Source: a bacterium
Lineage (GTDB): Bacteria; Bacteroidota; Bacteroidia; Bacteroidales; WCHB1-69
Length of the DNA: 64,000 nt
Direction of reading: 5' to 3'
Assembly (NCBI GenBank): GCA_963643165.1
Contig: CAVIJD010000008.1
Coordinates: 4,397-68,396, forward strand
Shown here: positions 10,522-21,190 of the stretch, in pieces
How the letters are laid out: each line of letters starts with the position of its first letter
Numbering within the stretch: position 1 is the stretch's first letter
Notes under the pieces: model-generated
Databases searched by the model: none
What the model was told of the DNA's origin: nothing
Seen by the model: the letters and a program-made list of their open reading frames with translations, nothing else
Made by a program: the position numbers and the translations under genes

Positions 10522-12003
10522 CTATTTCAGCAGCCGGAAGAACTCCATCATCAAGTCCCAGCACATCTGGACGGTCTTGATTTCGAGTTTCTCGTCGGGT
10601 GAATGCACGCCGCGCATCGTGGGTCCAATGGACACCATGTCGAGTTCAGGGTACTTTTCGGCGATGAGTCCGCACTCCAAGCCAGCGTGGATAGCCAGCA
10701 CTTCGGGCTCTTTGTGGAACAGGTTGTGGTAAGCGTCCACCAGCACGCGGAGCACTTCAGAGTCGGGGTTCGGATTCCAGCCGGGATAGCCGTCGCCCGA
10801 CACCACATCGGCGCCCACCATCCAGAAAGCGGTGGACACGCGGTCGGCAATAGCCTGCTTCTTTGTTTCCACTGAGCTGCGCTGGCTGGTAGAGACTACA
10901 ATCTTGTCCCCTTTCTTCTTCACCGATGCCAGGTTCGTCGAAGTCTCCACAAAACCGGGAATGTCTTGCGACATGGCCTGCATGCCGTGAGGGCAAACCA
11001 GCAGGGCATTCAGCACATCAATCTGGAAAGTCTCCTCCAGCACCTTCTCGCACTTGTTGGCGGGGGTCATGGCAACGGCAACACCGCTGTCGGTTTTATG
11101 GAACTCGTTTTTGTAGGTGGCATCCATTTGGGACACATACTCGGCCAAAGCCTCGCGGTTGTGCGCGGGCACAGCCACCACAGCGTAGCCCTCGCGGGCG
11201 ATGGCGTTGTGCAGGTTGCCGGCCTGGATGTCGGCAATGCGGATGTCGTAGTCGCAATAGGCGTTCCACAGCACGCGGGTCAGCAGTTTCACGGCATTGC
11301 CGCGTCCCTTGTTGATGTCATCGCCGGAGTGCCCGCCTATCAGCCCGTTCACGGTGATGCGGCAGAACTCGTAGCCCTCGCCCTGCTCCTTGGCCAGGTC
11401 GTCAATGTCGTCGTATTCGCACGTCAGCGTGGCTATCGTGTCCTTGCCGCCGGCGCAGCCTATGAAGAACTGCCCCTCGTCTTCCGAGTCGAGGTTGACA
11501 AGCATCTTGCCTTTCAGGATGCCCGGCTCCAGCATCTTGGCGCCGGTAAGTCCCGTCTCCTCATCAACGGTAAAGAGGCACTCTAACGGACCGTGTTCCA
11601 GCGTCTTGTCCTCCATGATAGCCAATGCCATAGCAATGCCGATGCCGTCGTCGGCCCCGAGCGTGGTGCCCTTGGCCTTCAGCCATTCGCCGTCAACGTA
11701 AGTCTGGATGGCATCCTTTTCAAAGTCGAAGTTAACATCGTTGTTCTTCTCGCACACCATATCCATGTGGGCTTGCAAGATGACGGGCGTGACATTCTCC
11801 TTGCCGGGGGTTGCGGGCTTAGACATATACACGTTGCCGATCTTGTCGCGTTTCGTCTCAAGCCCCATAGCGAGGCCTGTTTTCTCGAGCCATTCCGACA
11901 TTCTGCCCTCTTTCTTGGACGGGCGTGGGATTTTCGTGATTTCGTTGAAAAACCGGAAAACGCTTTCCGGCTTCAGAGACAACATTTCATCGTTCATATT
12001 CAT
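10522..12003 (-). CDS. pepD: Aminoacyl-histidine dipeptidase (cytosol non-specific dipeptidase, M20 family)
   Basis: IPRPSKKEGRMSEWL, VILQAHMDMVCEKN, LGADDGIGIAMALAIMED, LFTVDEETGLTGA motifs; 493 aa. Confidence 0.92.
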   Translation of the reverse strand: MNMNDEMLSLKPESVFRFFNEITKIPRPSKKEGRMSEWLEKTGLAMGLETKRDKIGNVYMSKPATPGKENVTPVILQAHMDMVCEKNNDVNFDFEKDAIQTYVDGEWLKAKGTTLGADDGIGIAMALAIMEDKTLEHGPLECLFTVDEETGLTGAKMLEPGILKGKMLVNLDSEDEGQFFIGCAGGKDTIATLTCEYDDIDDLAKEQGEGYEFCRITVNGLIGGHSGDDINKGRGNAVKLLTRVLWNAYCDYDIRIADIQAGNLHNAIAREGYAVVAVPAHNREALAEYVSQMDATYKNEFHKTDSGVAVAMTPANKCEKVLEETFQIDVLNALLVCPHGMQAMSQDIPGFVETSTNLASVKKKGDKIVVSTSQRSSVETKKQAIADRVSTAFWMVGADVVSGDGYPGWNPNPDSEVLRVLVDAYHNLFHKEPEVLAIHAGLECGLIAEKYPELDMVSIGPTMRGVHSPDEKLEIKTVQMCWDLMMEFFRLLK

Positions 12004-12086
12004 TTGTGTTTTAAGTTATTGTCAGCGTTAAAAAAAGCGGGGCAAACTTACACAAAAAAATTGATTTCTCACTTCATTATTTTTCG

Positions 12087-12094
12087 TAGGTTTG
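12087..12094 (+). promoter_or_regulatory. Bacteroidetes -7 box (TAnnTTTG)
   Basis: TAGGTTTG about 25 bp upstream of the likely ATG at 12119. Confidence 0.45.
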
Positions 12095-12118
12095 CATCTC
12101 TTAAAAAAAAGGCTGACT

Positions 12119-14038
12119 ATGACTGTTTTAAAACACCCTCTGCTACTGCTCACCCTGCTGTGCCTCCCATGTCTTCGGCTTTTTGCCCAGTCCGCATACG
12201 ACGGCTACGACAAAGTAACCCTCTACGACAGCGTCTTTGTACACGTAGAGGAGAGCGGCATGAGCCTCGTGACGGAGCACTGCCAATACCGGGTCCTGAC
12301 TCTGTCAGGGGCGCGCGACTACAGCACCGTGAAGGCCGACTATGACCCGCTGACGGCTTTTGCCGAGATACGGCAGGCCATCGTGCGCCGCCACAACGGC
12401 ACAGTTGACACCATCGACAATGCCGAGTTCGACTATCCCGCGCCGGCACGGATGATCTACTGGGGCGCACGCCAGAAGATGGTAGCCTTGGGGCGGCTCG
12501 AGCCGGGCGACACGGTAGAGTTCACCACCTTCCGCAAAGGCTTCACCTATGCCCTGCTGCACCACGGCGGCGAGGACGACAAATACGTCCCCCCGATGCG
12601 CGGCCACTTTTACGACATCGTGCCCTTTTACAGCAACCAGCCCGTGATGCGGAAAGTGTACCAGATTGACATCCCCACCGCCAAAAACACACGTTATGCC
12701 GTCTATAACGGGCAGTTGGAATGCCGCCGCGAGGAGAAGGGGGCACGCACCCTGTTCACCTTCACCAAAGAGAACATCATGCCCCTGCAAAAGTCCCGTT
12801 ACACCTTAGCGGACAACGACATACAGACAAAGCTCATCCTCACCACCACCGCCACGTGGCAAGAGAAGTCCAAATGGTTTTACCGTGTAAACGAAGACTA
12901 CGGCAGTTTCACGCCCACCGAGGAGGCGAAAGCGAAGGTAAACGAACTGCTGCGCCGTGCCCGCAGCGAGAACGACAGCATTGCCATCCTCACGCACTGG
13001 GTGGCCGACAACATGCGCTACTCGGGCATCTCCATGGGCGAGGGCGAGGGCTACACGCTGCACCGTTGCGGCATGAACTTCACCGACCGCTGCGGGGTCT
13101 GCAAAGACAAGGCCGGGCTATTGATCGCCATGCTCCGTGCCGCGGGCTTTGAGGCATACGCGGCTATGACAATGGCGGGCGAGCGCATCGAGGATCTCCC
13201 CGCCGACCAGTTCAACCATTGCGTGGCCGTCGTGAAACGGCGCAACGGCAACTACCAGTTGCTTGACCCCACCTGGGTGCCGGGCGTGCGCGAGCTCTGG
13301 TCGAGCGCCGAACAGCAGCAATACTTTCTGATGGGCCTCCCCGACGGCGCCGGGCTCCGCTGCACGCCCGTGTCGAAAGCCGAGAACCACTACCTGAAGA
13401 TGACCGCGCGCACCAAGGTGACCCGTGACGGCAGACTCAAAGGCACCGTCACCGTGACCGCCGAGGGACAGTCGGACCGCACCGTGCGCCGCCTGTTCAG
13501 CGGCAGCCGCGCCGAATGGGAAGCGTCTGTCTGCAACCAATTCTACCGTCTTTACCCTAACGCCACGCTTCACGCCGTGCGCTACAGCGACGAAGACCGT
13601 TACTTGGAGCATCCTGTCAGCATCACCTACCGCTTCACCATCCCCGGCTACGCCACCGTCAGCAACAAAGAGCTCATCGTCACGCCGTTGCTCGCCAAAG
13701 GCTTCATGACCTTCACCATGCGGCATCTCTACTTCGACGAGAGCGAAGAGACGCGGCAGCACCCTTTCCAGGATGCCTGCTCACGCTACGTGCAACTGTC
13801 TGAAACCCTGTCGTTGCCCTACGGGTACACCTCCGCGAGCATTCCCGTTGACCGTTCCTTCCAGGAAACGGCCGCCGCCTTTGACGGCGGGTACGAACTT
13901 GAGAACTCCAAGTTAACCTTCAACGAGAGAATATGGCTCAAGAAGCGCGTATATGAGGCCGCCGACTGGCCGTCATACCGCAAAGCCGTCGCCAACCAGC
14001 GCTTCTTCATGACCACGCCCGTAGTGCTGAGCAAATGA
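12119..14038 (+). CDS. DUF3857/transglutaminase-like domain protein
   Basis: Signal peptide-like MTVLKHPLLLLTLLCLPCLRLFAQ. Transglutaminase core-like region DRCGVCKDKAGLLIAMLRAAGFEAYAAM...FNHCVAVVKR...LLDPTW. Start moved from 12092 to 12119. Confidence 0.85.
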   Translation: MTVLKHPLLLLTLLCLPCLRLFAQSAYDGYDKVTLYDSVFVHVEESGMSLVTEHCQYRVLTLSGARDYSTVKADYDPLTAFAEIRQAIVRRHNGTVDTIDNAEFDYPAPARMIYWGARQKMVALGRLEPGDTVEFTTFRKGFTYALLHHGGEDDKYVPPMRGHFYDIVPFYSNQPVMRKVYQIDIPTAKNTRYAVYNGQLECRREEKGARTLFTFTKENIMPLQKSRYTLADNDIQTKLILTTTATWQEKSKWFYRVNEDYGSFTPTEEAKAKVNELLRRARSENDSIAILTHWVADNMRYSGISMGEGEGYTLHRCGMNFTDRCGVCKDKAGLLIAMLRAAGFEAYAAMTMAGERIEDLPADQFNHCVAVVKRRNGNYQLLDPTWVPGVRELWSSAEQQQYFLMGLPDGAGLRCTPVSKAENHYLKMTARTKVTRDGRLKGTVTVTAEGQSDRTVRRLFSGSRAEWEASVCNQFYRLYPNATLHAVRYSDEDRYLEHPVSITYRFTIPGYATVSNKELIVTPLLAKGFMTFTMRHLYFDESEETRQHPFQDACSRYVQLSETLSLPYGYTSASIPVDRSFQETAAAFDGGYELENSKLTFNERIWLKKRVYEAADWPSYRKAVANQRFFMTTPVVLSK

Positions 14039-14250
14039 GGCGAGAAAAGACTTGGAATAATCACAGAAATGCACAATTATAATGCTTCCCATTTTTAGAC
14101 CTCCCCGTAAAGGAAACCGTTTACGAAAACCTACAAAGAATACCTTAAGTCTCAAGCTCAAAAATTATCCAAACTTTAATTATGTCAGTAATAGTTCCTC
14201 CGATAAAGTCTCAGGGAATAAAGACTAAACTTGTTCCTTGGATAAACAAT

Positions 14251-15921
14251 ATGAAAAAAATCGCGTTGTTCATCCTGCTGCTCGCGCTCTCGGCCCCCGC
14301 TTTTGCCAAAGAGAAACACGATGCCCGCTATCTTAAAGTTTCGCGGTCCTACAGCCTGAATGAAGACGGCAGCCTCGACTTCCGTTTCCGCAAAGAGCTG
14401 CAACTTTTTACCACCGCCTCGTTTGACACCTACGGCGAAACGTTCATCCTCTACAATCCCGAGTTTGAGACGCTCACCGTCAACGAGTCCTACACGCGGC
14501 TTCCCGACGGACGCACTGTGACGACACCCGCCAATGCCCTCAATGCCGTGCTGCCCTCCTCGTGTGCCGACTGTGCCCGTTTCAACGCCGTGCGCGAGAT
14601 GGTGGTCACACACACCGCCCTCGAGACCGGCGCCGTCATCGTGCTCGACTACACTATCCACACACCACACCCCTACTTCCAAGAGTTGGCACAGCGAGTC
14701 CCGATTTGCGAGGAGGTGCCCGTTGACACCCTGCTGCTCGCCGTGACCCTGCCCGACAACCGCACCCTGCACTATGACCTGCACTCGTCAAGGCTGCCGG
14801 CAACGCCTGCCGAAAGCGCCGGCAACGGAACCCGCACCCTCACCTGGACTTTCACCAACACGGCCGCCGCGTCGCACAACCGCTACCTGCCCGACAACTA
14901 CAACCCCTACGTCCTGCTCTCCACCTTTGACCGCCCCGGCGACTTCTTGACACGCCTCTCACTGCAGCAGGCCTTTATGCCCCCGGTGCAGAAACTGCTC
15001 CCGCAACTGCCGGACGAGACCCTCCGCAACGCCACCGACCCCCTCGACACCATAACGGCCCTGCACCATTTTGTGTACCGCTACATCCGCACCAACCACG
15101 TGCCCATGCACTGCATGAACTTCATCATAGCCTCGCCAGCCACCGTATTGAACACCGGCTGCGCCACCCCCTTTGAGAAGAACCTCTTGCTGCACACGCT
15201 GCTGAAAGAGGCCGGCTATGCCTCCGAAATCGGCATCCTGGCACAAACGTTGACCGGCGAGCCCGAGGGACTTCTGCAAGTCAACGCTGGCGGCGCGGCG
15301 CGCTACCTCTCCGCCAACGAGCCCTTTGAGTGCGCCGCCGCACAGGGCCAATGCGAGGGGCGTTTCATAACCCTAAGCGGCCGCGAAGAGGAGATGACCC
15401 GGAAGCCGCACCGCCTGGAACTGCTCGCCGACCTCCACATTGCCGCCGAAAAAGGACACTATAAAGTCGGGGGCGACCTCCGCAAGTCAGAGAGCGCCGG
15501 CATACCCGCCGCCACAGTCGCCGCCGTGCCCAACGGCAACTGTGCTGCCGTGTCGCACCTCAGCGGCAACTACTACGCCCTGACCCTCACCCACCCCGAC
15601 GGCAGCAACGACATGCAAGCGGCACTGCTCCCCCTCAAGGGCGAGACTCCCGTGCAAGTAAATCAGACCGACGAATGTTGCACCTACACCGTCGCCCTGC
15701 CCGCGGGCGAACAGTGGGTAAGTCCGCCGTTCTTGTACGAGAAAAGCTGCGACTTTGGCGCCACACGCATCAAAACGTCAACCGACAACGGAAAACTCAC
15801 CATAACAAGGCAGTTGACCTTGCAGGCGACCGTCCTCGAGAGCAAGAAAGAGTTACGGCAGTTGCGCGAAATGATGGGTGAATGGAACGCAAAACGCGAA
15901 TACATATTCAAACAGCAATGA
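14251..15921 (+). CDS. DUF3857/DUF3858-type secreted protein
   Basis: Start at MKKIALFILLLALSAPAFA (14251). Shares YLKVSRSYSLNEDGSLDFRFRKELQL and transglutaminase-fold-like architecture with the upstream gene. Confidence 0.8.
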   Translation: MKKIALFILLLALSAPAFAKEKHDARYLKVSRSYSLNEDGSLDFRFRKELQLFTTASFDTYGETFILYNPEFETLTVNESYTRLPDGRTVTTPANALNAVLPSSCADCARFNAVREMVVTHTALETGAVIVLDYTIHTPHPYFQELAQRVPICEEVPVDTLLLAVTLPDNRTLHYDLHSSRLPATPAESAGNGTRTLTWTFTNTAAASHNRYLPDNYNPYVLLSTFDRPGDFLTRLSLQQAFMPPVQKLLPQLPDETLRNATDPLDTITALHHFVYRYIRTNHVPMHCMNFIIASPATVLNTGCATPFEKNLLLHTLLKEAGYASEIGILAQTLTGEPEGLLQVNAGGAARYLSANEPFECAAAQGQCEGRFITLSGREEEMTRKPHRLELLADLHIAAEKGHYKVGGDLRKSESAGIPAATVAAVPNGNCAAVSHLSGNYYALTLTHPDGSNDMQAALLPLKGETPVQVNQTDECCTYTVALPAGEQWVSPPFLYEKSCDFGATRIKTSTDNGKLTITRQLTLQATVLESKKELRQLREMMGEWNAKREYIFKQQ

Positions 15922-17915
15922 GCACACAAAGTTTCACCCCCGAACTGGTGCGCCAAGACGCGCTGCTCAAGCCCTACACGCGGCAGTTACAGCAGCGTCG
16001 TGAGCGCGCCGCCCTCCGCGAGTTGGAACTCACCGACGGCAAACGCACCCTCGCCGACATCGCCAACGGGCATCTCTACTACGGACTGCACCGCACCGCC
16101 CAAGGGTGGGTGTTTCGCGAAAAAGCACCCAACGCCAAGGCACTCTACCTCTACGGCGACTTCTCGCACTGGCAAGTGAAGCCCGAATTTGCCTTGTACC
16201 CTATCGGCAACGGCGACTGGGAGATCACGTTGCCCGACTTCTGCCTCAAGCACACCATGCTCTACAAGCTGTGGATGGTGTGGCAGTCGGGGGCCGACGA
16301 GCGGCTGCCCGCCTACGCCACCCGTGTGGTGCAAGACGAGCAGACCAAAGTGTTCTGCGCCCAAGTGTGGGAACCGGAGCCCTACCGTTGGCAATGGCAA
16401 TGGGATGCGCCTGCCAAGCCGCGTCACCCACTCATCTATGAGGCGCACGTGGGCATGTCGTCAGAAGAGGCCAAAATCTCGTCCTACTGGGAGTTCAAAG
16501 AGACCGTGTTGCCCCGCATCAGCGACCTTGGCTACAACACCTTGCAGCTGATGGCAGTGCAAGAGCATCCCTACTATGGCTCGTTTGGCTATCAAGTGGC
16601 CAACTTCTTCGCCCCCTCGTCGCGGTTCGGCACCCCCGAAGAGCTCAAGGAACTCATCGACACCGCCCACCGTTACGGCATCGCCGTCATCCTCGACCTC
16701 GTACACTCCCACTCCGTCAGCAACGCCAAAGAGGGGCTCGGACTGTTTGACGGACGCGACGACCTCTACTTCCACACCGGCGAGCGCGGCAAGCATCCCG
16801 TGTGGGACTCGCGCTGCTTTGACTACGGCAAACAGGAAACCTTGCTCTTCCTGCTCGCCAACCTCAAATACTGGCTGCAGGAGTTCCGCTTCGACGGTTT
16901 TCGCTTTGACGGCGTCACCAGCCTCTGCTACAAAGACCACGGCATCGGCACCGACTTTCTGGACTACAGCCAATACTTCGACCCCAACGTCGATGAAGAC
17001 GGCCTCGTCTATCTCACCATGGCCAACAGGCTCATCCGGCAGGTAAACCCGCAGGCACTCACCATCGCCGAAGACGTGAGTGGCATGCCCGGCATGGCTT
17101 GGCCGGCAGAGAAAGGAGGCATCGGCTTCGACTTCCGCATGTCGATGGGCATTGCCGACTTCTGGACCAAGACCGTCAAGAGCGTGCCGGACGAGGCGTG
17201 GAACCCCGGCGAGATCTATTTCCGGCTGACCGACAAACGCCACGAAGAAGAGACCATCTCCTACGCCGAGTGCCACGACCAGGCCATGGTAGGCGACCAG
17301 ACGCTCATCTTCAGAATGGCTGGGGCCAAAATCTACGACTGCATGTCGGCAAGCACGCCCGACCTCAGCACCGACCGGGCCATAGCCTTGCATAAGGTCA
17401 TCCGGCTGGCCACCCTCTCCCTGGCTTCGGGCGGCTACCTCAACTTCATGGGCAACGAGTTCGGGCACCCCGAGTGGATTGACTTCCCGCGGGAGGGCAA
17501 CGGCTGGTCGTGCCGCTATGCCCGCCGGCAATGGCACCTTGCCGACGACAAAGGGCTGAAATATGCCGGCCTCTACCGCTTTGACCACGACATGATACAC
17601 TGCGCCACAGAACTGCATCTGCTGGAAGAGCCTCCTGCCAAGTGGCACGAGCACATCAGCAACCAGGTGCTGGCGTTCGTGCGCGGCAGGTGCCTCATCG
17701 TCTTCAACTTCAATCCTGTGCAATCCTTTGCCGGCTATGAACTGCCCTGTTTGGAGGGCACATACCGCATCGCCTTGAACAGCGACGACACCCGCTATGG
17801 CGGCTTCGGCAACGTGGATGACCGCGTGGCATTCCGCTCCTACACGCGCGACGGGGGCAGCCACATACGGCTCTACCTGCCCTGCCGCACTGGACTGCTG
17901 CTGGTCAGAGATTAA
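15918..17915 (+). CDS. glgB: GH13 1,4-alpha-glucan branching enzyme-like protein
   Basis: CBM48-like N-terminus; GH13 motifs ILDLVHSHS, RFDGFRFDGVTSL, TIAEDVSGMP, YAECHDQAMVG, FMGNEFGHPEWIDFPR. ATGA overlap with the upstream gene. Confidence 0.88.
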   Translation: MSTQSFTPELVRQDALLKPYTRQLQQRRERAALRELELTDGKRTLADIANGHLYYGLHRTAQGWVFREKAPNAKALYLYGDFSHWQVKPEFALYPIGNGDWEITLPDFCLKHTMLYKLWMVWQSGADERLPAYATRVVQDEQTKVFCAQVWEPEPYRWQWQWDAPAKPRHPLIYEAHVGMSSEEAKISSYWEFKETVLPRISDLGYNTLQLMAVQEHPYYGSFGYQVANFFAPSSRFGTPEELKELIDTAHRYGIAVILDLVHSHSVSNAKEGLGLFDGRDDLYFHTGERGKHPVWDSRCFDYGKQETLLFLLANLKYWLQEFRFDGFRFDGVTSLCYKDHGIGTDFLDYSQYFDPNVDEDGLVYLTMANRLIRQVNPQALTIAEDVSGMPGMAWPAEKGGIGFDFRMSMGIADFWTKTVKSVPDEAWNPGEIYFRLTDKRHEEETISYAECHDQAMVGDQTLIFRMAGAKIYDCMSASTPDLSTDRAIALHKVIRLATLSLASGGYLNFMGNEFGHPEWIDFPREGNGWSCRYARRQWHLADDKGLKYAGLYRFDHDMIHCATELHLLEEPPAKWHEHISNQVLAFVRGRCLIVFNFNPVQSFAGYELPCLEGTYRIALNSDDTRYGGFGNVDDRVAFRSYTRDGGSHIRLYLPCRTGLLLVRD

Positions 17916-17934
17916 AATCCGCCCCTGCGCACAA

Positions 17935-18007
17935 GCCTCCGGCTGACGTAAGACTTAATTAGGAATGTGTGAGGCGTGACGCTTTGCATTCTAAATTCTA
18001 CATTCTT
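17935..18007 (+). repeat. Dispersed intergenic repeat, copy A
   Basis: GCCTCCGGCTGACGTAAG (17935-17952) followed by GAGGCGTGACGCTTTGCATTCTAAATTCTACATTCTT; same modules as 27767-27840. Confidence 0.75.
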
Positions 18008-18028
18008 TTTTGCGGGTCGGGTGTCTGA

Positions 18029-20947
18029 TTATCTTTTGCGGCGGAACAGGCGAATGAACTCCCCTATCCACAACACAAACGAGGTCAGCACTATGATTAT
18101 CAACCAGTCCAGCGTCTTCACACCGCCCTCGGCAATGTTAAACATCACCTGAAGACCGGGGATTTCTGTGATGGCAATCTGTCCGAAGAGGATGACCATA
18201 GCTATGACGATGAACAATTTGGTGTTCTTCCACGACATTCCTTTCGAAGCAAAATCATTAGTCATGAAAGCCTTGGCATTGAAGAGGTTCCAGAACTGCA
18301 GCATCACGAAGATGGTGAAGAAGAGGCCGAGTTCGTAGGGTGAGAGACCGTCGAAGGCACCCCACCTGACGTTGCCGCTGAGCACGTCAGCAAGGTTGGT
18401 GACATCGGCGTGCTGGAAGAAGAACAAGATGGTCAGCAGGATAGCGGTAAAGATGCCGCCCACGGCCAGAATATTGGCACCCATTCCTTTGAGAATGTGC
18501 TCGTTGACAGAGCGAGGCTGCTCGTCCATCACCTTCTTGGTAGGCGGCAGCGATGCGAGGGCGAGGGCTGCAAACGTGTCCATAATCAGGTTCACCCAAA
18601 GCATCTGCGTGACAGTAAGCGGCGACTCCGTGCCGACAAACGCACCGATAGCCACAATGAGGCTGGCCACCACGTTCACCGTCATCTGGAACAGGATAAA
18701 ACGCTTGATGTTCTTGTAGAGCGACCGTCCCCACATCACGGCGTTGGCTATGGTTGCGAAAGAGTTGTCGAGGATAGTCATGTCGCTGGCCTCCTTGGCC
18801 ACGGAGGTACCATCGCCCATAGAGAGTCCCACATTGGCGGCGTTGAGGGCGGGGGCGTCGTTTGTGCCGTCGCCGGTAACCGCCACCACCATGTCCATAT
18901 CCTTAAGCATACGAACGATACGTTCTTTGTCGTTGGGGCGGGCGCGGGAGATGATCTTCACCTTTGCGATACGTTCGCGCAGTTCGTCATCGTTCATGGC
19001 GCAGATGTCGGCACCGGTCATGATATTCTCTTCGGTGTCAGTGTCTTGCCAGAGGCCGAGTTGGCGGCCTATTTCCTTGGCCGTGCCCGGGGCATCGCCC
19101 GTGACGATCTTGACCTGGATGCCGGCCTTGGAGCAGTCTTCGATGGCGGCGGGCACATCGGCGCGAACCGGGTCTTCGATGCCCGCCACGCCCATCAGCG
19201 TCAGGTCGTTGATGTTGAGTTTGCCGTCGATGATGATATTGTCATTTTCGCCAACCTCCTTATAGGCAAACGCCAGTGTTCGGTTAGCGTGACTTTGGTA
19301 GTCGGCGAGGATAGTTTCATAGCGTTTTTTCTCCTCGGGGGTGATGGTACACATGCCCAACAGGATGTCGGGGGCGCCTTTAACGTACACCACCCTGCCG
19401 CCTGTGACTTGCGATTTGACCACCGTGGCCATGTATTTGAGTTCCGTAGTAAACTGGATGCGGTCGATGACGGGCACCTCCTCACGCACGTCGAGGTAGT
19501 TGATGCCGTTGCGGTTCAGCCAAAGGAGCAGAGCGCCCTCGGTAGGGTTGCCGATAGCCTTGATTTTGGAAGCGTCGGCAAAGTCGAGGTTAGCGGTCGT
19601 ATTCACGGCTATGCACTCCTTGAGCAGTGCGGAGGGGCGGTCGGTGCCGGAGAGGTCTTGGCCCTGGATGCCGTCAAAGTTGGCGTTCACCACCCTCATC
19701 TGGTTCTGTGTCAGCGTGCCTGTCTTATCGGAGCAGATCACGGAGACGGCGCCCATCGTTTCGCAGGCGTGCATCGTGCGAGGCAGCGTATTCTGCTTCA
19801 TCAGCCGTTTCATGCTGAAAGCGAGGCTGAGAGTCACGGCCATCGGCAGTCCTTCGGGCACAGAGACGACCACGAGGGTCACGGCGATCATGAACGAATT
19901 GAGGACATAGCTCACGAAATTGACCCATCCGTCGGGGGTGCCGAGTTGGATATTGCCATTGAGGGCATACACGAGGATGCGGCCCACGATAATCAGGACA
20001 GCCACGCCGTAGCTCACCTTAGTGATGATTTTGGCGAGTTGGTCGAGTTTCTCGCTCAGGGGGGTGGCCTCGCCGTCTCTGACCTGGGCGGCCACAAACA
20101 CCTGGCCGCAGGCGGTAGCGTCGCCCACCGCGAACACGCGAGCCACGCAGTCGCCCTCCATCACCGTACAGCCTTTCATAATATGGTTAGAGGGGTAAGT
20201 GGCGTCCTTGTCGAACTCGGCCGCTACGGTAGTCTTGGCGCACTGCGGTTCACCGGTAAGTGACGACTCGTTCATATTGAGGTTCATGCACTCCAGCAGT
20301 TCCGCGTCGGCGGGCACCTCCTCGCCGGCCTCGAGCATGATAATGTCGCCCACCACCACATCGCGGCGGGGTATTTGGCACACATTGCTATTGCGGATCA
20401 CCTTGACGAGCGTATCATCGTTCACCTCGTTAAGGCTTTTGAACGTCTTCTCGTTCTGGCTTTCGAGGATATGCGCCACGGCGGTAGCGAGCAGCACGGC
20501 GGCGGCGATACCGATAGGTTCGAGGTAGGGTTTCCAGCCTGCCACGCCCCCGAACACGCCCTCATAGAACGAGATGCCGCCGGAGAGGAGCAGGGCGAAG
20601 AGGAGAATCGTAAAGAGGGGATCCATCGAAAACTTGCGGTTCTCCTTGTCCCACGTGCCACCGAGGTAGGCCACAACGTAGGTGAGGAGTGTAAGGACGA
20701 AAGTGAGAACGGGGGCAATCCAGAGACCCTCATGGGTGGAGATGCCGGTGAGCGGCAGCGCAACAGCGGCGGCGGCCGCCAGCACGAACACGCAGATATA
20801 GACCTTGATGAGCCAGAAATGCAGGCAGTTGCGAATTTTCTCCCACACGGGAACCTCCGCAGGCGGAGTCAGCACATTGGCACCATGTTTGAGGCGACTT
20901 TCCGACACTTCGACGTCAGACAAGCCCGAGTAATGATTTTTAGACAT
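18029..20947 (-). CDS. Calcium-translocating P-type ATPase (PMCA-like)
   Basis: P-type ATPase motifs ICSDKTGTLTQNQM, LTGEPQCAKT, VAVTGDGTNDAPALNAANVGLSMG; 972 aa. Confidence 0.92.
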   Translation of the reverse strand: MSKNHYSGLSDVEVSESRLKHGANVLTPPAEVPVWEKIRNCLHFWLIKVYICVFVLAAAAAVALPLTGISTHEGLWIAPVLTFVLTLLTYVVAYLGGTWDKENRKFSMDPLFTILLFALLLSGGISFYEGVFGGVAGWKPYLEPIGIAAAVLLATAVAHILESQNEKTFKSLNEVNDDTLVKVIRNSNVCQIPRRDVVVGDIIMLEAGEEVPADAELLECMNLNMNESSLTGEPQCAKTTVAAEFDKDATYPSNHIMKGCTVMEGDCVARVFAVGDATACGQVFVAAQVRDGEATPLSEKLDQLAKIITKVSYGVAVLIIVGRILVYALNGNIQLGTPDGWVNFVSYVLNSFMIAVTLVVVSVPEGLPMAVTLSLAFSMKRLMKQNTLPRTMHACETMGAVSVICSDKTGTLTQNQMRVVNANFDGIQGQDLSGTDRPSALLKECIAVNTTANLDFADASKIKAIGNPTEGALLLWLNRNGINYLDVREEVPVIDRIQFTTELKYMATVVKSQVTGGRVVYVKGAPDILLGMCTITPEEKKRYETILADYQSHANRTLAFAYKEVGENDNIIIDGKLNINDLTLMGVAGIEDPVRADVPAAIEDCSKAGIQVKIVTGDAPGTAKEIGRQLGLWQDTDTEENIMTGADICAMNDDELRERIAKVKIISRARPNDKERIVRMLKDMDMVVAVTGDGTNDAPALNAANVGLSMGDGTSVAKEASDMTILDNSFATIANAVMWGRSLYKNIKRFILFQMTVNVVASLIVAIGAFVGTESPLTVTQMLWVNLIMDTFAALALASLPPTKKVMDEQPRSVNEHILKGMGANILAVGGIFTAILLTILFFFQHADVTNLADVLSGNVRWGAFDGLSPYELGLFFTIFVMLQFWNLFNAKAFMTNDFASKGMSWKNTKLFIVIAMVILFGQIAITEIPGLQVMFNIAEGGVKTLDWLIIIVLTSFVLWIGEFIRLFRRKR

Positions 20948-21059
20948 TTGGAAAACTGTTTTATTTTATAGTTATTAATAATCACGCACATCGTCCGGCC
21001 ACACTTCTCCCCCAAAAGGCGGCAAAGATAAAAATTTTTCCCACCCACGGCTTCTGCAC

Positions 21060-21190
21060 GAATGCAGAATGCGGAATGTAGAATGTAGGGCGTTCCGCGC
21101 AATTCACTCCAAAAGTCGTAAATATGCAGGGGATTGTGCATGGGGCAAATTCCCCAATCGTCGATGTTGGCCCTCTTCGAGGACCGAGGG
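21060..21190 (+). repeat. Dispersed intergenic repeat, copy F
   Basis: Heptamers GAATGCAGAATGCGGAATGTAGAATGTAGGGCGTTCCGCG at 21060-21100, and GATGTTGGCCCTCTTCGAGGA at 21163-21183 (reverse complement of the 42626 and 46149 copies). Confidence 0.75.

Noticed and set aside
14040-14250. Small ORF starting near 14082 (MLPIFRPPRKGNRLRKPTKNTLSLKLKNYPNFNY...)
   Set aside because: No family resemblance, composition is unremarkable, and it overlaps the upstream region of the next gene; coding status cannot be supported.
12119-15921. Two transglutaminase-like proteins as a peptide crosslinking system
   Set aside because: They look like ordinary Bacteroidetes DUF3857 proteins followed by a metabolic gene; no peptide substrate or partner was seen.
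16461-17864. 467-aa minus-strand ORF
   Set aside because: Antisense shadow of the GH13 gene.
18410-20263. 617-aa plus-strand ORF
   Set aside because: Lies wholly antisense to the P-type ATPase, which has clear catalytic motifs.
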